A stretch of 36,161 nt of DNA from Candidatus Hodarchaeota archaeon (GCA_016840035.1 JAEOTC010000164.1:1-36161), one strand, 5' to 3'. Positions 9,490-19,235 are shown, counted from the stretch's first letter. Made by a program: numbers and translations. Notes: generated by a model from the letters alone, not told the origin.

Positions 9490-11055
9490 TTGAAGACAAT
9501 GATATCACAGATATTATTTGGTGAAAATGGAATTGGAGTTTTATCTCTGATTTTTCTCCTACCAATATTAGCAGCTCTACCCACATGGTTTATAGGCCGT
9601 GTGAGAGAAGGATTTGCACGTTATTTGGCTCTACTTGTAAGCTTAGTTACGTTTGCACTTGCTATTTTGGTTTGGATGATGTATGATAACAATCCACTTT
9701 TACCCACAAGTCTACATGTAGGTCATGCAGCTAGCGGACAATGGGTTCTTGTTGAGAACATCGAGTGGATCAAATCAATAGGTATGAGTTATTCTCTTGG
9801 AATAGATGGATTGAGCTTACCTTTGGTTCTTCTAAGTGGATTTGTATTTGTTGTCGCAATTCTTGCGTCATTTAAGGATATCCACGAGAGAGAACCTGCA
9901 TATTATGCAATGATTCTTTTGTTAGAGACAGGTGTTATGGGTACATTCTTAGCAACTGACTTTATTATTTTCTATGTCGCTTGGGAATTAGTACTCGTTC
10001 CTATGTTCTTCCTTATAGGAATTTGGGGCGGTCCAAGACGAGAATATGCTGCAATATACTTCTTCATCTATACACATGTTGCGTCTATGATTATGCTTCT
10101 AGGAATAATCGGCATTTGGCTGGAATCAGCAAAATACACCGTATCTGGAGTGGGTACATTTTCATTTGCAGAATTAACAGGTATTTCTCTCCAATTCGGA
10201 AATGGAGTATTTGTTTTATTGATTTTCTTGGCATTACTGTTTGGGTTCATAGTAAAAGTTCCCAGTGTTCCATTCCATACATGGTTACCTCTAGCGCATG
10301 TTGAAGCACCTACACCTGGATCTATGATTCTGGCAGGACTTTTGCTAAAAATGGGTGGTTATGGATTAATGCGAATGAGTGGTTGGTTTTTACCTGAAGC
10401 CTTAGCTGAGTTTGCTTGGTTAGTTGCCCTCATTGGAGTTATTTCGTTACTTTATGGTGCATGGGTCGCATTAAGGCAAGTAGATATGAAATCCTTAGTC
10501 GCTTACAGTAGTGTAGGACACATGGGAATTGTACTTCTCGGAGTTGCTACTCAGACTTCAGAAGGATTTGCTGGTGCACAATACATGCAAATCGCTCATG
10601 GAATTATCTCACCATTGTTATTCTTTCTAGCTGGAACAATTGGACATTCTGCACACACACGAGATATACCCAAACTCAAAGGTTTTGCAAAAAATATGCC
10701 CATTACTGCAGCGGTTCTTGTGTTCGCCTCATTTGCGAGTGCCGGTCTACCTGGATTAGCTGGATTTTGGTCCGAACTTCTAGTATTTCTTGCCCTCTTT
10801 GATTGGGAAATGAGCTTAGCTTTCATTGGGATCTTTGGAATCGTCTTTACAGCAGCGTATTATCTTTGGATGTTACAAAGAACGGTGTTCGGTGATAAAA
10901 ATCCTGAACTTGCACATGCCCATGACGTTGACCATTGGTCCCAATTCGCTGTACTTGGATTGTTGAGTCTTTTCACCCTCTTATTGGGTATTTTCCCCTC
11001 TTGGCTAATCAATATGATGACTGAAGCAACTGCATTCTTCGCATCTCAATTCTAA
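9490..11055 (+). CDS. nuoM: Complex I-like antiporter subunit M
   Basis: GIDGLS, WELVLVPMF, PFHTWLPLAHVEAPT, LLKMGGYG and AYSSVGHMG motifs. Confidence 0.96.
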   Translation: MKTMISQILFGENGIGVLSLIFLLPILAALPTWFIGRVREGFARYLALLVSLVTFALAILVWMMYDNNPLLPTSLHVGHAASGQWVLVENIEWIKSIGMSYSLGIDGLSLPLVLLSGFVFVVAILASFKDIHEREPAYYAMILLLETGVMGTFLATDFIIFYVAWELVLVPMFFLIGIWGGPRREYAAIYFFIYTHVASMIMLLGIIGIWLESAKYTVSGVGTFSFAELTGISLQFGNGVFVLLIFLALLFGFIVKVPSVPFHTWLPLAHVEAPTPGSMILAGLLLKMGGYGLMRMSGWFLPEALAEFAWLVALIGVISLLYGAWVALRQVDMKSLVAYSSVGHMGIVLLGVATQTSEGFAGAQYMQIAHGIISPLLFFLAGTIGHSAHTRDIPKLKGFAKNMPITAAVLVFASFASAGLPGLAGFWSELLVFLALFDWEMSLAFIGIFGIVFTAAYYLWMLQRTVFGDKNPELAHAHDVDHWSQFAVLGLLSLFTLLLGIFPSWLINMMTEATAFFASQF

Positions 11056-11057
11056 AG

Positions 11058-12626
11058 GTGAATAAAATGAGTGATATCGCCATACTACTCCTTCCGTTCC
11101 TAATTCTAGTGGGAACCATGATCTTATGCCTTCTTTTAGAAGCATTCAATATAGCGAGGAGACTCTCTCCTCCTATCACAATTATAGGAGGTTTTCTTGC
11201 CCTCTATAGTGTTATCTTAGATGTAAATGGTGGTATTACTTATCTTTTTGGAAATCCTACCGATTTTCTAGATACAACTTATGCCGTTGGATTGATGGTT
11301 ATCGATGATTTCTATCGCTTCTTTGCGATACTCTTCCTCATCGTCTTGATCTTTGTAGCAATTTCAAGTAGTGATTACATGAAAACTGATCACAACTTGG
11401 GAGTTTACTATTCTCTTCTAATCTTAGCCACTTTAGGTATGATGATCCTTGCAGCAGCAAACGATTTGTTGTTGATTTTTGTAGCTTGGGAACTGGCATC
11501 ACTTCCAGTGTATTCTCTTGCAGCTTATCAAAAATCTAGAGCGGAAACTAGTGAAAGTGCTTTGAAATTCTTTTTAATTGGTGCGATGTCTTCGGCCTTC
11601 ATATTATTTGGAATTTCACTAGTATATGGTATCACTAGCTCCACTGGAACTTCATCCCCTACCAATCTCGTAGTAGTCATTGCATCCTTTACAGATGTCA
11701 CAAGTTATACTCCCCTCCATATATTGGCGTTAATGTTTCTATTTGTAGGATTTGGGTATAAAATGGCCGCGGTACCATTCCACGCGTGGGCGGTAGATGT
11801 TTATCAAGGAACTCCAACGGCTATTACTTCTTATCTAGCAGCTGGATCGAAAGCAATGGGATTTGCTGCTGTTTTGAGAATTGTGGTTGTTGGCCTTACT
11901 GATCTGGGAGAAGTCTGGGGAATGATATTTGCTGTTTTAGCAGTTTTAACTATGACTCTTGGAAATGTAGTGGCTTTGGTACAAACAAATATCAAAAGAA
12001 TGCTAGCATATTCGAGTATTGCTCATGCAGGATATATTCTAATTGCATTAGCAGCCGCAGCAAACGACCCACTAACAACAATTGCTGGTTATACTGTTGG
12101 AAGTTTTTCAGTAGCAGCTGCAGAGTTCCATATATTGACTCATGCCGTAATGAAGATTGTAGCATTTACAGTTGTCATAGTAGTTGCCTTTTCTATTGGA
12201 AGTGAAGAAATAAACGATTATGCAGGACTCAGAAAGAAGCATCCTTGGACCGTCTTTGCATTGACTATAACATTCCTTAGTCTACTTGGAGTTCCCCCTC
12301 TAGCTGGATTTATCTCGAAATTACTAATCTTCTTCTCAGCAATCTATGCTGATCTGATATGGCTAGCTTTCATTGGAGTTATTAATAGTGCAATATCTGT
12401 CTACTATTACATCCGTGTAATAAAACTAATGATCTTAGATCCCCCTACAGAAGAACTAATCGAATCTCATACAGTTTCTGTTGAATCTATGAGAACATAT
12501 AACATTCCTATGTCATATGCAATGGCAATTGGGATTGGTGTGATACTAATCATACTCATTGGAGTTATTCCAGAAGCAATATTCGACTTTGCTGTTAGTG
12601 GTGCTCAAGGTCTCAACCTTCCTTAA
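11058..12626 (+). CDS. nuoN: Complex I-like antiporter subunit N
   Basis: ESALKFF, KMAAVPFHAWAVDVYQG, KRMLAYSSIAHAGY and GVPPLAGF motifs. Confidence 0.96.
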   Translation: MNKMSDIAILLLPFLILVGTMILCLLLEAFNIARRLSPPITIIGGFLALYSVILDVNGGITYLFGNPTDFLDTTYAVGLMVIDDFYRFFAILFLIVLIFVAISSSDYMKTDHNLGVYYSLLILATLGMMILAAANDLLLIFVAWELASLPVYSLAAYQKSRAETSESALKFFLIGAMSSAFILFGISLVYGITSSTGTSSPTNLVVVIASFTDVTSYTPLHILALMFLFVGFGYKMAAVPFHAWAVDVYQGTPTAITSYLAAGSKAMGFAAVLRIVVVGLTDLGEVWGMIFAVLAVLTMTLGNVVALVQTNIKRMLAYSSIAHAGYILIALAAAANDPLTTIAGYTVGSFSVAAAEFHILTHAVMKIVAFTVVIVVAFSIGSEEINDYAGLRKKHPWTVFALTITFLSLLGVPPLAGFISKLLIFFSAIYADLIWLAFIGVINSAISVYYYIRVIKLMILDPPTEELIESHTVSVESMRTYNIPMSYAMAIGIGVILIILIGVIPEAIFDFAVSGAQGLNLP

Positions 12627-12668
12627 ATAAAAAGGATTAAAGCGTTATCTCTCATAGGATCTATTGTC

Positions 12669-13898
12669 ATGAAAGTAGATGTGCTAGTTGTAGGACTCGG
12701 GCCAGCTGGAGCTACCACGCTTAATAAAATAACAAAACTAGCAGGGAATGATCTTTCAATACTAGGTGTCGACAAACGGGAGCGTCCTGGATTTCCTGTT
12801 CAATGTGGAGAATTTATGCCCTCTCCAGAAGAAATGGCAATCCTAACTCCTGATGTTCCCGATGCTAAGAATTTTTTTACATTTGATTCTAAGTACATCA
12901 GTTCTCGAACCAATCGGATTAGTTTCCATTCACCTCAGGGCAAAATTATCCAGACCCCTTTTGAAGGATATACTATCCATCGTGGAATTTGGAATGAGGA
13001 CTTATTACTTACTGCGGAACAATTGGGTGCGAAGATTTGGAGATCTTCACGCGTTATTGGCATGGAGAATAATAAAATCTTAATTTCACAAAAGGATGGT
13101 TCCCCAGAGTCTGTTCAAGCGCGAGTTATTGTTGGAGCAGATGGAGCTAGGTCGAGAATCGCACGATATTATGGATTAGCAGAAAAAAGAAACATAGAAC
13201 ATTTTGTTTATACAAAGCAACACATAATTACCGATATTCAATCTCTTAAGTATGACTCAACCGATATTCAGATGTTTTTCGGATCCCAATATGCTCCTGG
13301 TGCATACGCATGGGTAATACCAAAAGATAAGAACACAGCCAATGTGGGAGTAGGATTGCGAACTCCAATGAGTAAAAGAGAAATTACCGTTTCCCAAGCA
13401 TTGGAAAATTTTGTGTCCAAACATCCTTATGTGAGTGAGATCACTGAACAGACCTCGATCGAGTCTACCATTGGGGGTTTAGTTCCTGTAGGATTACCTC
13501 TAAAAAAAACTGTTGATGAACAAAAAAGGGTAATTTTGGTTGGTGATTCGGCTTGTCAAGTAGTTTCAAGTGTTGGTGGAGGGATACCAACCTCAATGGT
13601 TGCTGGATCTATAGCTGCGGAGACAATATATAATTATACTGTCAAAAAGGGATCATTAACTGAGTACGAGGCGAAATGGAAAGCTCAAATGATGGCCATG
13701 TTCAATCGTGCCTATAAATTAAGACGATTATTTGATAAGATTTCCTCTGGGAGTGATGATCAGGTGCAATGGTATCTGAATCGATTGAGGTCATCAGATG
13801 TTTGTGCGGTGGTCCATTGCCAAGTGCCACTCAAAGTAACCCTCGGTTTCCCCTTTATAAAATATGTGAATTTTATACTTAAAAAATGGCAGATTTAG
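12669..13898 (+). CDS. Geranylgeranyl reductase family FAD oxidoreductase
   Basis: VVGLGPAG FAD motif, PVQCGE, GADG, APGAYAWVIPK (PxxYxWxFP-like) and GDSA...GGGI. Confidence 0.88.
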   Translation: MKVDVLVVGLGPAGATTLNKITKLAGNDLSILGVDKRERPGFPVQCGEFMPSPEEMAILTPDVPDAKNFFTFDSKYISSRTNRISFHSPQGKIIQTPFEGYTIHRGIWNEDLLLTAEQLGAKIWRSSRVIGMENNKILISQKDGSPESVQARVIVGADGARSRIARYYGLAEKRNIEHFVYTKQHIITDIQSLKYDSTDIQMFFGSQYAPGAYAWVIPKDKNTANVGVGLRTPMSKREITVSQALENFVSKHPYVSEITEQTSIESTIGGLVPVGLPLKKTVDEQKRVILVGDSACQVVSSVGGGIPTSMVAGSIAAETIYNYTVKKGSLTEYEAKWKAQMMAMFNRAYKLRRLFDKISSGSDDQVQWYLNRLRSSDVCAVVHCQVPLKVTLGFPFIKYVNFILKKWQI

Positions 13899-14080
13899 AT
13901 CCAGCGCGTATAACCAGGCATACTACAGCATTTCGGGAGAGGTTCATAATGGCAATCTTCACCATTGGCACAGATTAGACTTGGAGCCCCGTTAATTTCT
14001 CCTATAACCATATCTTTACCACAATGTTGTGGAATCGGAGAGATTACTTTCCCACAGCTTTGACAACGATACGAAGGCAT
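13895..14080 (-). CDS. Small Cys/His-rich metal-binding protein (61 aa; tandem zinc-ribbon or desulforedoxin-like)
   Basis: From the ATG at 14080: MPSYRCQSCG...PQHCGKDM...ICANGEDC...PKCCSMP. The track's longer start overlaps the upstream gene. Confidence 0.7.
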   Translation of the reverse strand: MPSYRCQSCGKVISPIPQHCGKDMVIGEINGAPSLICANGEDCHYEPLPKCCSMPGYTRWI

Positions 14081-14117
14081 GTTTCTAACACCTATATCCA
14101 ATTTCACCAAGATAATA

Positions 14118-15485
14118 TCAGGAGGTCTGAGGCGAGTCATTGATTCCCTGCTTTTTAATTTTAACGGAAACATAAATTGTAATCACCCCAAATCCCAAAA
14201 ACCCAAATCCGAGGAGAAAAAGAGATAAACGACTTGTGGTCACAGTTATTGAGAGTTGAGCCGTCATTCGTTGTTCATTTCCATTTAAAACCATAGTATC
14301 ATTCCAATTCTCCATGATACCAATAACAATAATAGAACTACTCACTAATTCGGTATAAATCGTAGTTTCATTCAGATTTGATAGATTCATTGCCAGAGCG
14401 GTACTGTATAATTGACTAAGTAAGAGTGAATAGTTTTCACGAAATGTAGCAAGATTTTGACTTGAATTGGGAGGTGAATCCTTGAATAAGGTTGAAAGAT
14501 CCCGGTTAAAAGTGTTGTAGTTTTGTTGGGAGGAAATTAATAATACATGGTCAAAATCACCAGTTTGAGGTTCAACTTTTAATGATCCTGATACTTTCAT
14601 GATTGTTTCTGACTGGAATAGATAATTAGATGGGTCAACGGATAATGCTACAACAGATGCAAAAGAGGTAGAAGAAATTCGAAATGACGAATTATTCGTG
14701 CTTGAATCAACTACGTGAGTGCCAATTACTGGGCCCATAACACTACCAAGTAAGATTAAGACTAATCCAGCAGTAAAAACATACCTGTCATATTGAAGAT
14801 TTGATCGAAAGTCCTTAAAACTAGTGATAGAAAATTTAGGAAACATCGGTCTAGTAATATGGAGAAAGACAGATAAGAGAACCAGGTGAAGAAAAATATC
14901 TTCGATCCCGATTGTAATAACGTCTGAACCGAAAACTTCAATTCTCTGAGAGGGTGTCAAGTTAACAAAGTAATTAGCAATACCCTGTAAGTAGGAGGTA
15001 CTAGTAATTTGTAATTCCACCCCGACTATCATCACTGGGAAGAATAACCAAGGAAGTAAGCTAAGGAGATATGCAAAATCAATCTGATAGAGTCGATCTG
15101 AAAGGGGATAAAAAATCGCTAATGGATATTCTAAGTCTAGTAACAGGTGAAAACTCCACAGCAATCCCGCATACAAGAAAAGACGCCCTCTGAAGGCGTT
15201 CTTCAGATGGTGTGAGTTTTGAGAATTGTTATTTCCTTGTGTAATTCGATATTGACTTAAAATGTGAATACAGGTTCCAAGAATGACTAATAATACAGGA
15301 GGGATGAGACTATGCGATAATCCACGGTGTAGAGCAAAGAAAATATCAATATCGGGAAGTATGGAAAATGTCAGAACAATCCAGAAGAAATATTTTTCCT
15401 TAACAAAGTTACTTTTCTCTTCATGAGACAGAAATGACCAGAAGGCAATTCCAGCTAAACTTAGATGTGTTGGGAGAATCGTCAT
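14118..15485 (-). CDS. YdjM-like membrane-bound metal-dependent hydrolase with a C-terminal soluble domain
   Basis: PTH, LPDID, HRGLSHS, HLLLD and FYPLS motifs; several TM helices; a Ser/Asn-rich domain followed by a terminal TM helix. Confidence 0.8.
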   Translation of the reverse strand: MTILPTHLSLAGIAFWSFLSHEEKSNFVKEKYFFWIVLTFSILPDIDIFFALHRGLSHSLIPPVLLVILGTCIHILSQYRITQGNNNSQNSHHLKNAFRGRLFLYAGLLWSFHLLLDLEYPLAIFYPLSDRLYQIDFAYLLSLLPWLFFPVMIVGVELQITSTSYLQGIANYFVNLTPSQRIEVFGSDVITIGIEDIFLHLVLLSVFLHITRPMFPKFSITSFKDFRSNLQYDRYVFTAGLVLILLGSVMGPVIGTHVVDSSTNNSSFRISSTSFASVVALSVDPSNYLFQSETIMKVSGSLKVEPQTGDFDHVLLISSQQNYNTFNRDLSTLFKDSPPNSSQNLATFRENYSLLLSQLYSTALAMNLSNLNETTIYTELVSSSIIVIGIMENWNDTMVLNGNEQRMTAQLSITVTTSRLSLFLLGFGFLGFGVITIYVSVKIKKQGINDSPQTS

Positions 15486-15660
15486 TGTACATCACTCTCT
15501 TGTAGAGAAGAAATTAATCCAAAAGTGAATATTGACCACTTAGAAATAACTACAAAGTGAATATTCGGAGATTTTCTTCAGATAGGTCTAAAATACTGTG
15601 ATATTAAATTATATTGCTTTGTAACAAAATGACAAAAGTCATGAGTAAAGGGAGATCAAA

Positions 15661-16266
15661 ATGTCTCTACTTAGCAGTCTAAAAAGGGTTAAAAAATTAA
15701 AGAAAATTCTCATACTTGGTTCAGGCGCGGTTGGGAAATCTAGTATGTTGAAAGTTTTTAAGGAATCTGCCTGTTTAAATGATATGAATGATACAGAGTC
15801 GCATTATAGTCGTACACTATTCCTTGAATTAGAATCTTTCAAAGCATCCCAAATAGCCAATACGGATATTGAAGGAACATTTCATATGTACGATCTCGCT
15901 GGTCAGATTGACCTCCCGATTCATGCCACACGTGATATTGCTGATACTGTCCTAGGCTCAGTAGATTTAGTCGTTCTGATGTTTGCCAATGATAATACTC
16001 AGTCTTTATTTGATATTATCAACTGGATGAAAATTATTGATAATTATTATGATAATATTGCCATAGATAAACCCAAACCGAAATATATTCTAATTAATAA
16101 CAAAATTGATATTCCAAGTAGTACAGATCACAGTATTATCGATGATATATTGAAAAATGAAAAACGATTTGTGACTTATTTTCCAATGAGCTGTATGAAT
16201 GGTGAGGGAGTTTCTAATTTTAAAGAATGGTTGATTAGCTATTGTTTTGGAGAGGATCAGAGATGA
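15661..16266 (+). CDS. Ras/Rab-superfamily small GTPase
   Basis: G1 GSGAVGKSS, G2 Thr (YSRTL), G3 DLAGQ, G4 NKID, G5-like MSC. No CAAX box. Confidence 0.9.
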   Translation: MSLLSSLKRVKKLKKILILGSGAVGKSSMLKVFKESACLNDMNDTESHYSRTLFLELESFKASQIANTDIEGTFHMYDLAGQIDLPIHATRDIADTVLGSVDLVVLMFANDNTQSLFDIINWMKIIDNYYDNIAIDKPKPKYILINNKIDIPSSTDHSIIDDILKNEKRFVTYFPMSCMNGEGVSNFKEWLISYCFGEDQR

Positions 16267-16799
16267 ACGATTTAATTGCAGATAAAATCGTCCAAGATAC
16301 AATTTTTAAGTGTAAAATTTGTGATCAACAAATAATTTTTAATATTACAAATAAACAGAGCTTTGTTTCATCCACAGAGGGCAAAGAATTTTTTGGAACG
16401 CAATTAACTACCTACCGTGTTTATCATGATGTTAATACTGAACGTCATCATAATGCCGTTTTAGTTGACAATGAAGGGGCGTATAGAGGGCATGTGGATG
16501 GATATGCAGAAGAAATTCCTGTACAAAGTCTTGACAATTTAAGCAAGAAAGACCAGACTACAATGTACAAAGGAATCATCCCCGTAGATGTTGCTCTTAA
16601 TAGAGAAAAAAGCGCTTTCATATTGGATAAATCAATCTTAAAATTAGTTTGTATTCATGGCCCTATATCTATAGAAGAAATACGTCGACGAACCCTTGAT
16701 CTTGAAGCACCTCTAGGATTGAAAATTGACCTTACGTTGATCAAGGAAATTTGTGACAAATACATCAAAGAAGGGCTTATCAGTGAAGTAATACAGTAA
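16263..16799 (+). CDS. Hypothetical protein: N-terminal CxxC/H/H putative Zn domain and C-terminal winged helix
   Basis: The ATG at 16263 overlaps the GTPase stop (ATGA). CKIC...YH...HH...VD..G.YRG at the N-terminus; GPISIEEI...ICDKYIKEGLI at the C-terminus. Confidence 0.7.
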   Translation: MNDLIADKIVQDTIFKCKICDQQIIFNITNKQSFVSSTEGKEFFGTQLTTYRVYHDVNTERHHNAVLVDNEGAYRGHVDGYAEEIPVQSLDNLSKKDQTTMYKGIIPVDVALNREKSAFILDKSILKLVCIHGPISIEEIRRRTLDLEAPLGLKIDLTLIKEICDKYIKEGLISEVIQ

Positions 16800-16818
16800 A
16801 AATAGATTTGGAGAGATA

Positions 16819-17310
16819 TTGATATTGATGAGATTTTTTAGTAGAAAGGATCCAAGAAGGAATTATTTGAATAAAGCAATTATTGGACTTGGCCTTGGGC
16901 TTGTTCGTTCAAAAAATTTAATTTTGTCCGAGGATTTTGGTCCTCAAGGGGCCATGGACGTCTTAGGAATATGGGTAGGACAGGAGATTGTTAAGGAAAT
17001 GCTTTCCCAGAAAAAGATTACACCCACTATTTCTGAATCAGACATGATCGAAAAGTTATTAGAGGAAATCAGATTAGCTGAAAATCTGATAATCGATTTT
17101 AAACAAGACAATATCGATGTTACAATCCAAGATTGTCTTATTTGTCCAAAACGTATTGGTGGTTATGATCTTGGTGGTGATACAGCTTGTCCAGTAGGTG
17201 GAATTATCTTAGGAGCCGTTTCGTACCTTCATGGATCTACTCCAAGTTCACCTGATGTTAAATTAAGACCCGGGGAACTTTGTAATATTACACTTCCAGT
17301 AAAGGGCTAG
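16819..17310 (+). CDS. V4R / MetOD1-like ligand-binding domain protein
   Basis: Helical N-terminal half with G..VG.EI, then CLICP, ACPVGGIILG and a terminal LC strand, matching the V4R cysteine pattern. The start may be the ATG at 16828. Confidence 0.7.
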   Translation: MILMRFFSRKDPRRNYLNKAIIGLGLGLVRSKNLILSEDFGPQGAMDVLGIWVGQEIVKEMLSQKKITPTISESDMIEKLLEEIRLAENLIIDFKQDNIDVTIQDCLICPKRIGGYDLGGDTACPVGGIILGAVSYLHGSTPSSPDVKLRPGELCNITLPVKG

Positions 17311-17457
17311 GAAGGACGTAGTAAAGTGGAAGAGAATAATTGAAAATCATTAAATTCTCCCTCTTACTAGATTTGGACTTTTCTTTACTAGTTAAGGTCA
17401 AATTTTATATTGGTGTCTAAGTTAATGTATCAAATAGATGGGTTAGAATTTGCGTAA

Positions 17458-18306
17458 TTAAATGCTAACTACTCTAATTATAAAGAAAAAGACTCCTAAC
17501 AATATCGTTGTTGCTCCAAAGCCATAACAAAACTTATCATAGGGGATATCTTTCAAAGAAAGTAAAAAATCCATTGTGATAATTCCTATAACAGCTGTTA
17601 AACCAATAGTAAAAATAAGCAATGGATAAGGAAATGATACCATACCAACTGACATTCCTGTAATATCTAATTGAAATCCTTCCAATAAAAATTCTAAACC
17701 GGTAGCACCAAGGACTGCGGGGATTGATATTAAGAAACTTATCTTGAATGCTTCTTTATGCATTAATCCAATTATGAGAAGAAAAGTAATGGTCATTCCA
17801 CTCCGACTGATACCTGGTAGGGCTGCTGTTCCTTGTACAAAGCCAAGTAAAAGGGCTTCCTTTCTGGTTATGGATAATATTTCTCTTGTGCCTTGAGCTG
17901 ACTGTTTTGATAAAATTAAGCCTGTAACAATCAATAAACCCCCAATAACCATAGTGAAAAGTAAATCAGGGGGAAGAAAGAGTTCATCTGTGAAAGATTC
18001 CCAATAATTCTTGAATATAAGAACGATCGGTACTGCAGTAATACCTGTTCCAATTGTTGTAATAATGATTGTTTCTAGGAGTGGAGAATTTAAATCAAGC
18101 ATTTCGAGTAGATCTTTCCTGAAATACCAGATAACTGCTATCATTGTACCAAGATGTAAAAATAATGCCAATGTAACGGCTGCTAGTTCATCCAAGCCAT
18201 ATATTGTCACAAATAGCAAGGATAGTTGGCCTTCGGAGGAGATTGGTAGCCATTCAATAATTCCTTGAAAGAGAGACATAAGAATTGCGGCTAGAAGATC
18301 AATCAT
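17458..18306 (-). CDS. uppP: Undecaprenyl/polyprenyl-diphosphate phosphatase (BacA family)
   Basis: QGIIEWLPISSEG, HLGT, PGISRSG and SFLISIP motifs. Confidence 0.92.
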   Translation of the reverse strand: MIDLLAAILMSLFQGIIEWLPISSEGQLSLLFVTIYGLDELAAVTLALFLHLGTMIAVIWYFRKDLLEMLDLNSPLLETIIITTIGTGITAVPIVLIFKNYWESFTDELFLPPDLLFTMVIGGLLIVTGLILSKQSAQGTREILSITRKEALLLGFVQGTAALPGISRSGMTITFLLIIGLMHKEAFKISFLISIPAVLGATGLEFLLEGFQLDITGMSVGMVSFPYPLLIFTIGLTAVIGIITMDFLLSLKDIPYDKFCYGFGATTILLGVFFFIIRVVSI

Positions 18307-18373
18307 TAGAATATTTCCCTTAAATGATCGATTAAATCTTTAATTCAAAAGGATAAGTATACCCAATCTTGAG

Positions 18374-18519
18374 TAATTTATTCACAAATAGGTGTGTAAA
18401 TCTACGCTCTCTTTTTGTTAATTTAAATGAAAAATCCTTTCTTTTGGATATTTATCGGTATCTACTAATTTATTCACATATCAATAAATTTATAAACAAA
18501 TTGTGAATATAATTATTCA
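18374..18519. promoter_or_regulatory. Divergent uppP/hsp20 promoter region with repeated TATTCACA motifs around a TATA box
   Basis: TAATTTATTCACA at 18374-18386 and 18466-18478; inverted TGTGAATA at 18502-18509; TTTATAAA at 18489-18496. Confidence 0.55.
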
Positions 18520-18546
18520 GAGAATCACAATCAAACAAACAACAAG

Positions 18547-19143
18547 GTGATTATTATGAATCGAAAACGACGAATATTTGATGATTTTTGGAATTTGAAC
18601 ATGAATGATATGTTTAAATCTTTTAATGAAGAATTTTTCTCATCTTTTAATGAGTTAAAATCCGAAACTGAAACTGAATTTAAAGAGGGTGGCCCTATCA
18701 CCTTCGGTTATTCCATGCGGGTAGGTCCTGAAACTGATTATGTTCCGGAGGTTCGTCAATGGGGAAATTTAAACGATTACCGCGAAAAACAAGGATTACC
18801 TCAAATTGATGTATTTTCCTCATCTAAAAATCAGCCACAAATCACGACAAAGACATCTTCAACAGATAGATTTGTCGATTTTATTGATGAAGATGAGTCA
18901 CTAAAGATCATTATAGAGGTCCCTGGATTTACAAAAGAGAACTTGGACATAGAAATCAACGAAAGCGGTTCAACCTTAACCCTCAAGGGAAATGTCGACG
19001 CTAGGGAAATTAATCAGGTGATTCAATTACCCTCGAAAATTGAACCGAATGAAACAAAAAGTACGATTCGAAATGGTGTACTTGAGATTGAAGGTAAGAA
19101 ACAAAAATCTTCTGAGAAAAGACATAAGTTGAGAATTGATTAA
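18547..19143 (+). CDS. hsp20: Archaeal small heat shock protein Hsp20
   Basis: GPITFGYSMRVGP, IIEVPGF, IQLP, RNGVLEI and a C-terminal LRI (IxI-type) motif. Confidence 0.92.
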   Translation: MIIMNRKRRIFDDFWNLNMNDMFKSFNEEFFSSFNELKSETETEFKEGGPITFGYSMRVGPETDYVPEVRQWGNLNDYREKQGLPQIDVFSSSKNQPQITTKTSSTDRFVDFIDEDESLKIIIEVPGFTKENLDIEINESGSTLTLKGNVDAREINQVIQLPSKIEPNETKSTIRNGVLEIEGKKQKSSEKRHKLRID

Positions 19144-19161
19144 AAATTGAACACGAATAAT

Positions 19162-19191
19162 AGAGCAGTGCGATACTGCTCTTTAAATTTT
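19162..19191 (+). terminator. Hairpin plus T-rich tract after hsp20
   Basis: AGAGCAGT-gcgat-ACTGCTCT perfect 8-bp stem followed by TTAAATTTT. Confidence 0.45.
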
Positions 19192-19235
19192 ATATCAGAG
19201 CATCAACCAACAAATGAGGAATGAAGTGAGTTATT

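Noticed and set aside
1849-12626. Group 4 NiFe hydrogenase
   Set aside because: The D subunit lacks both CxxC pairs, and there is no maturation protease or hyp gene. The gene order is that of nuo/fpo.
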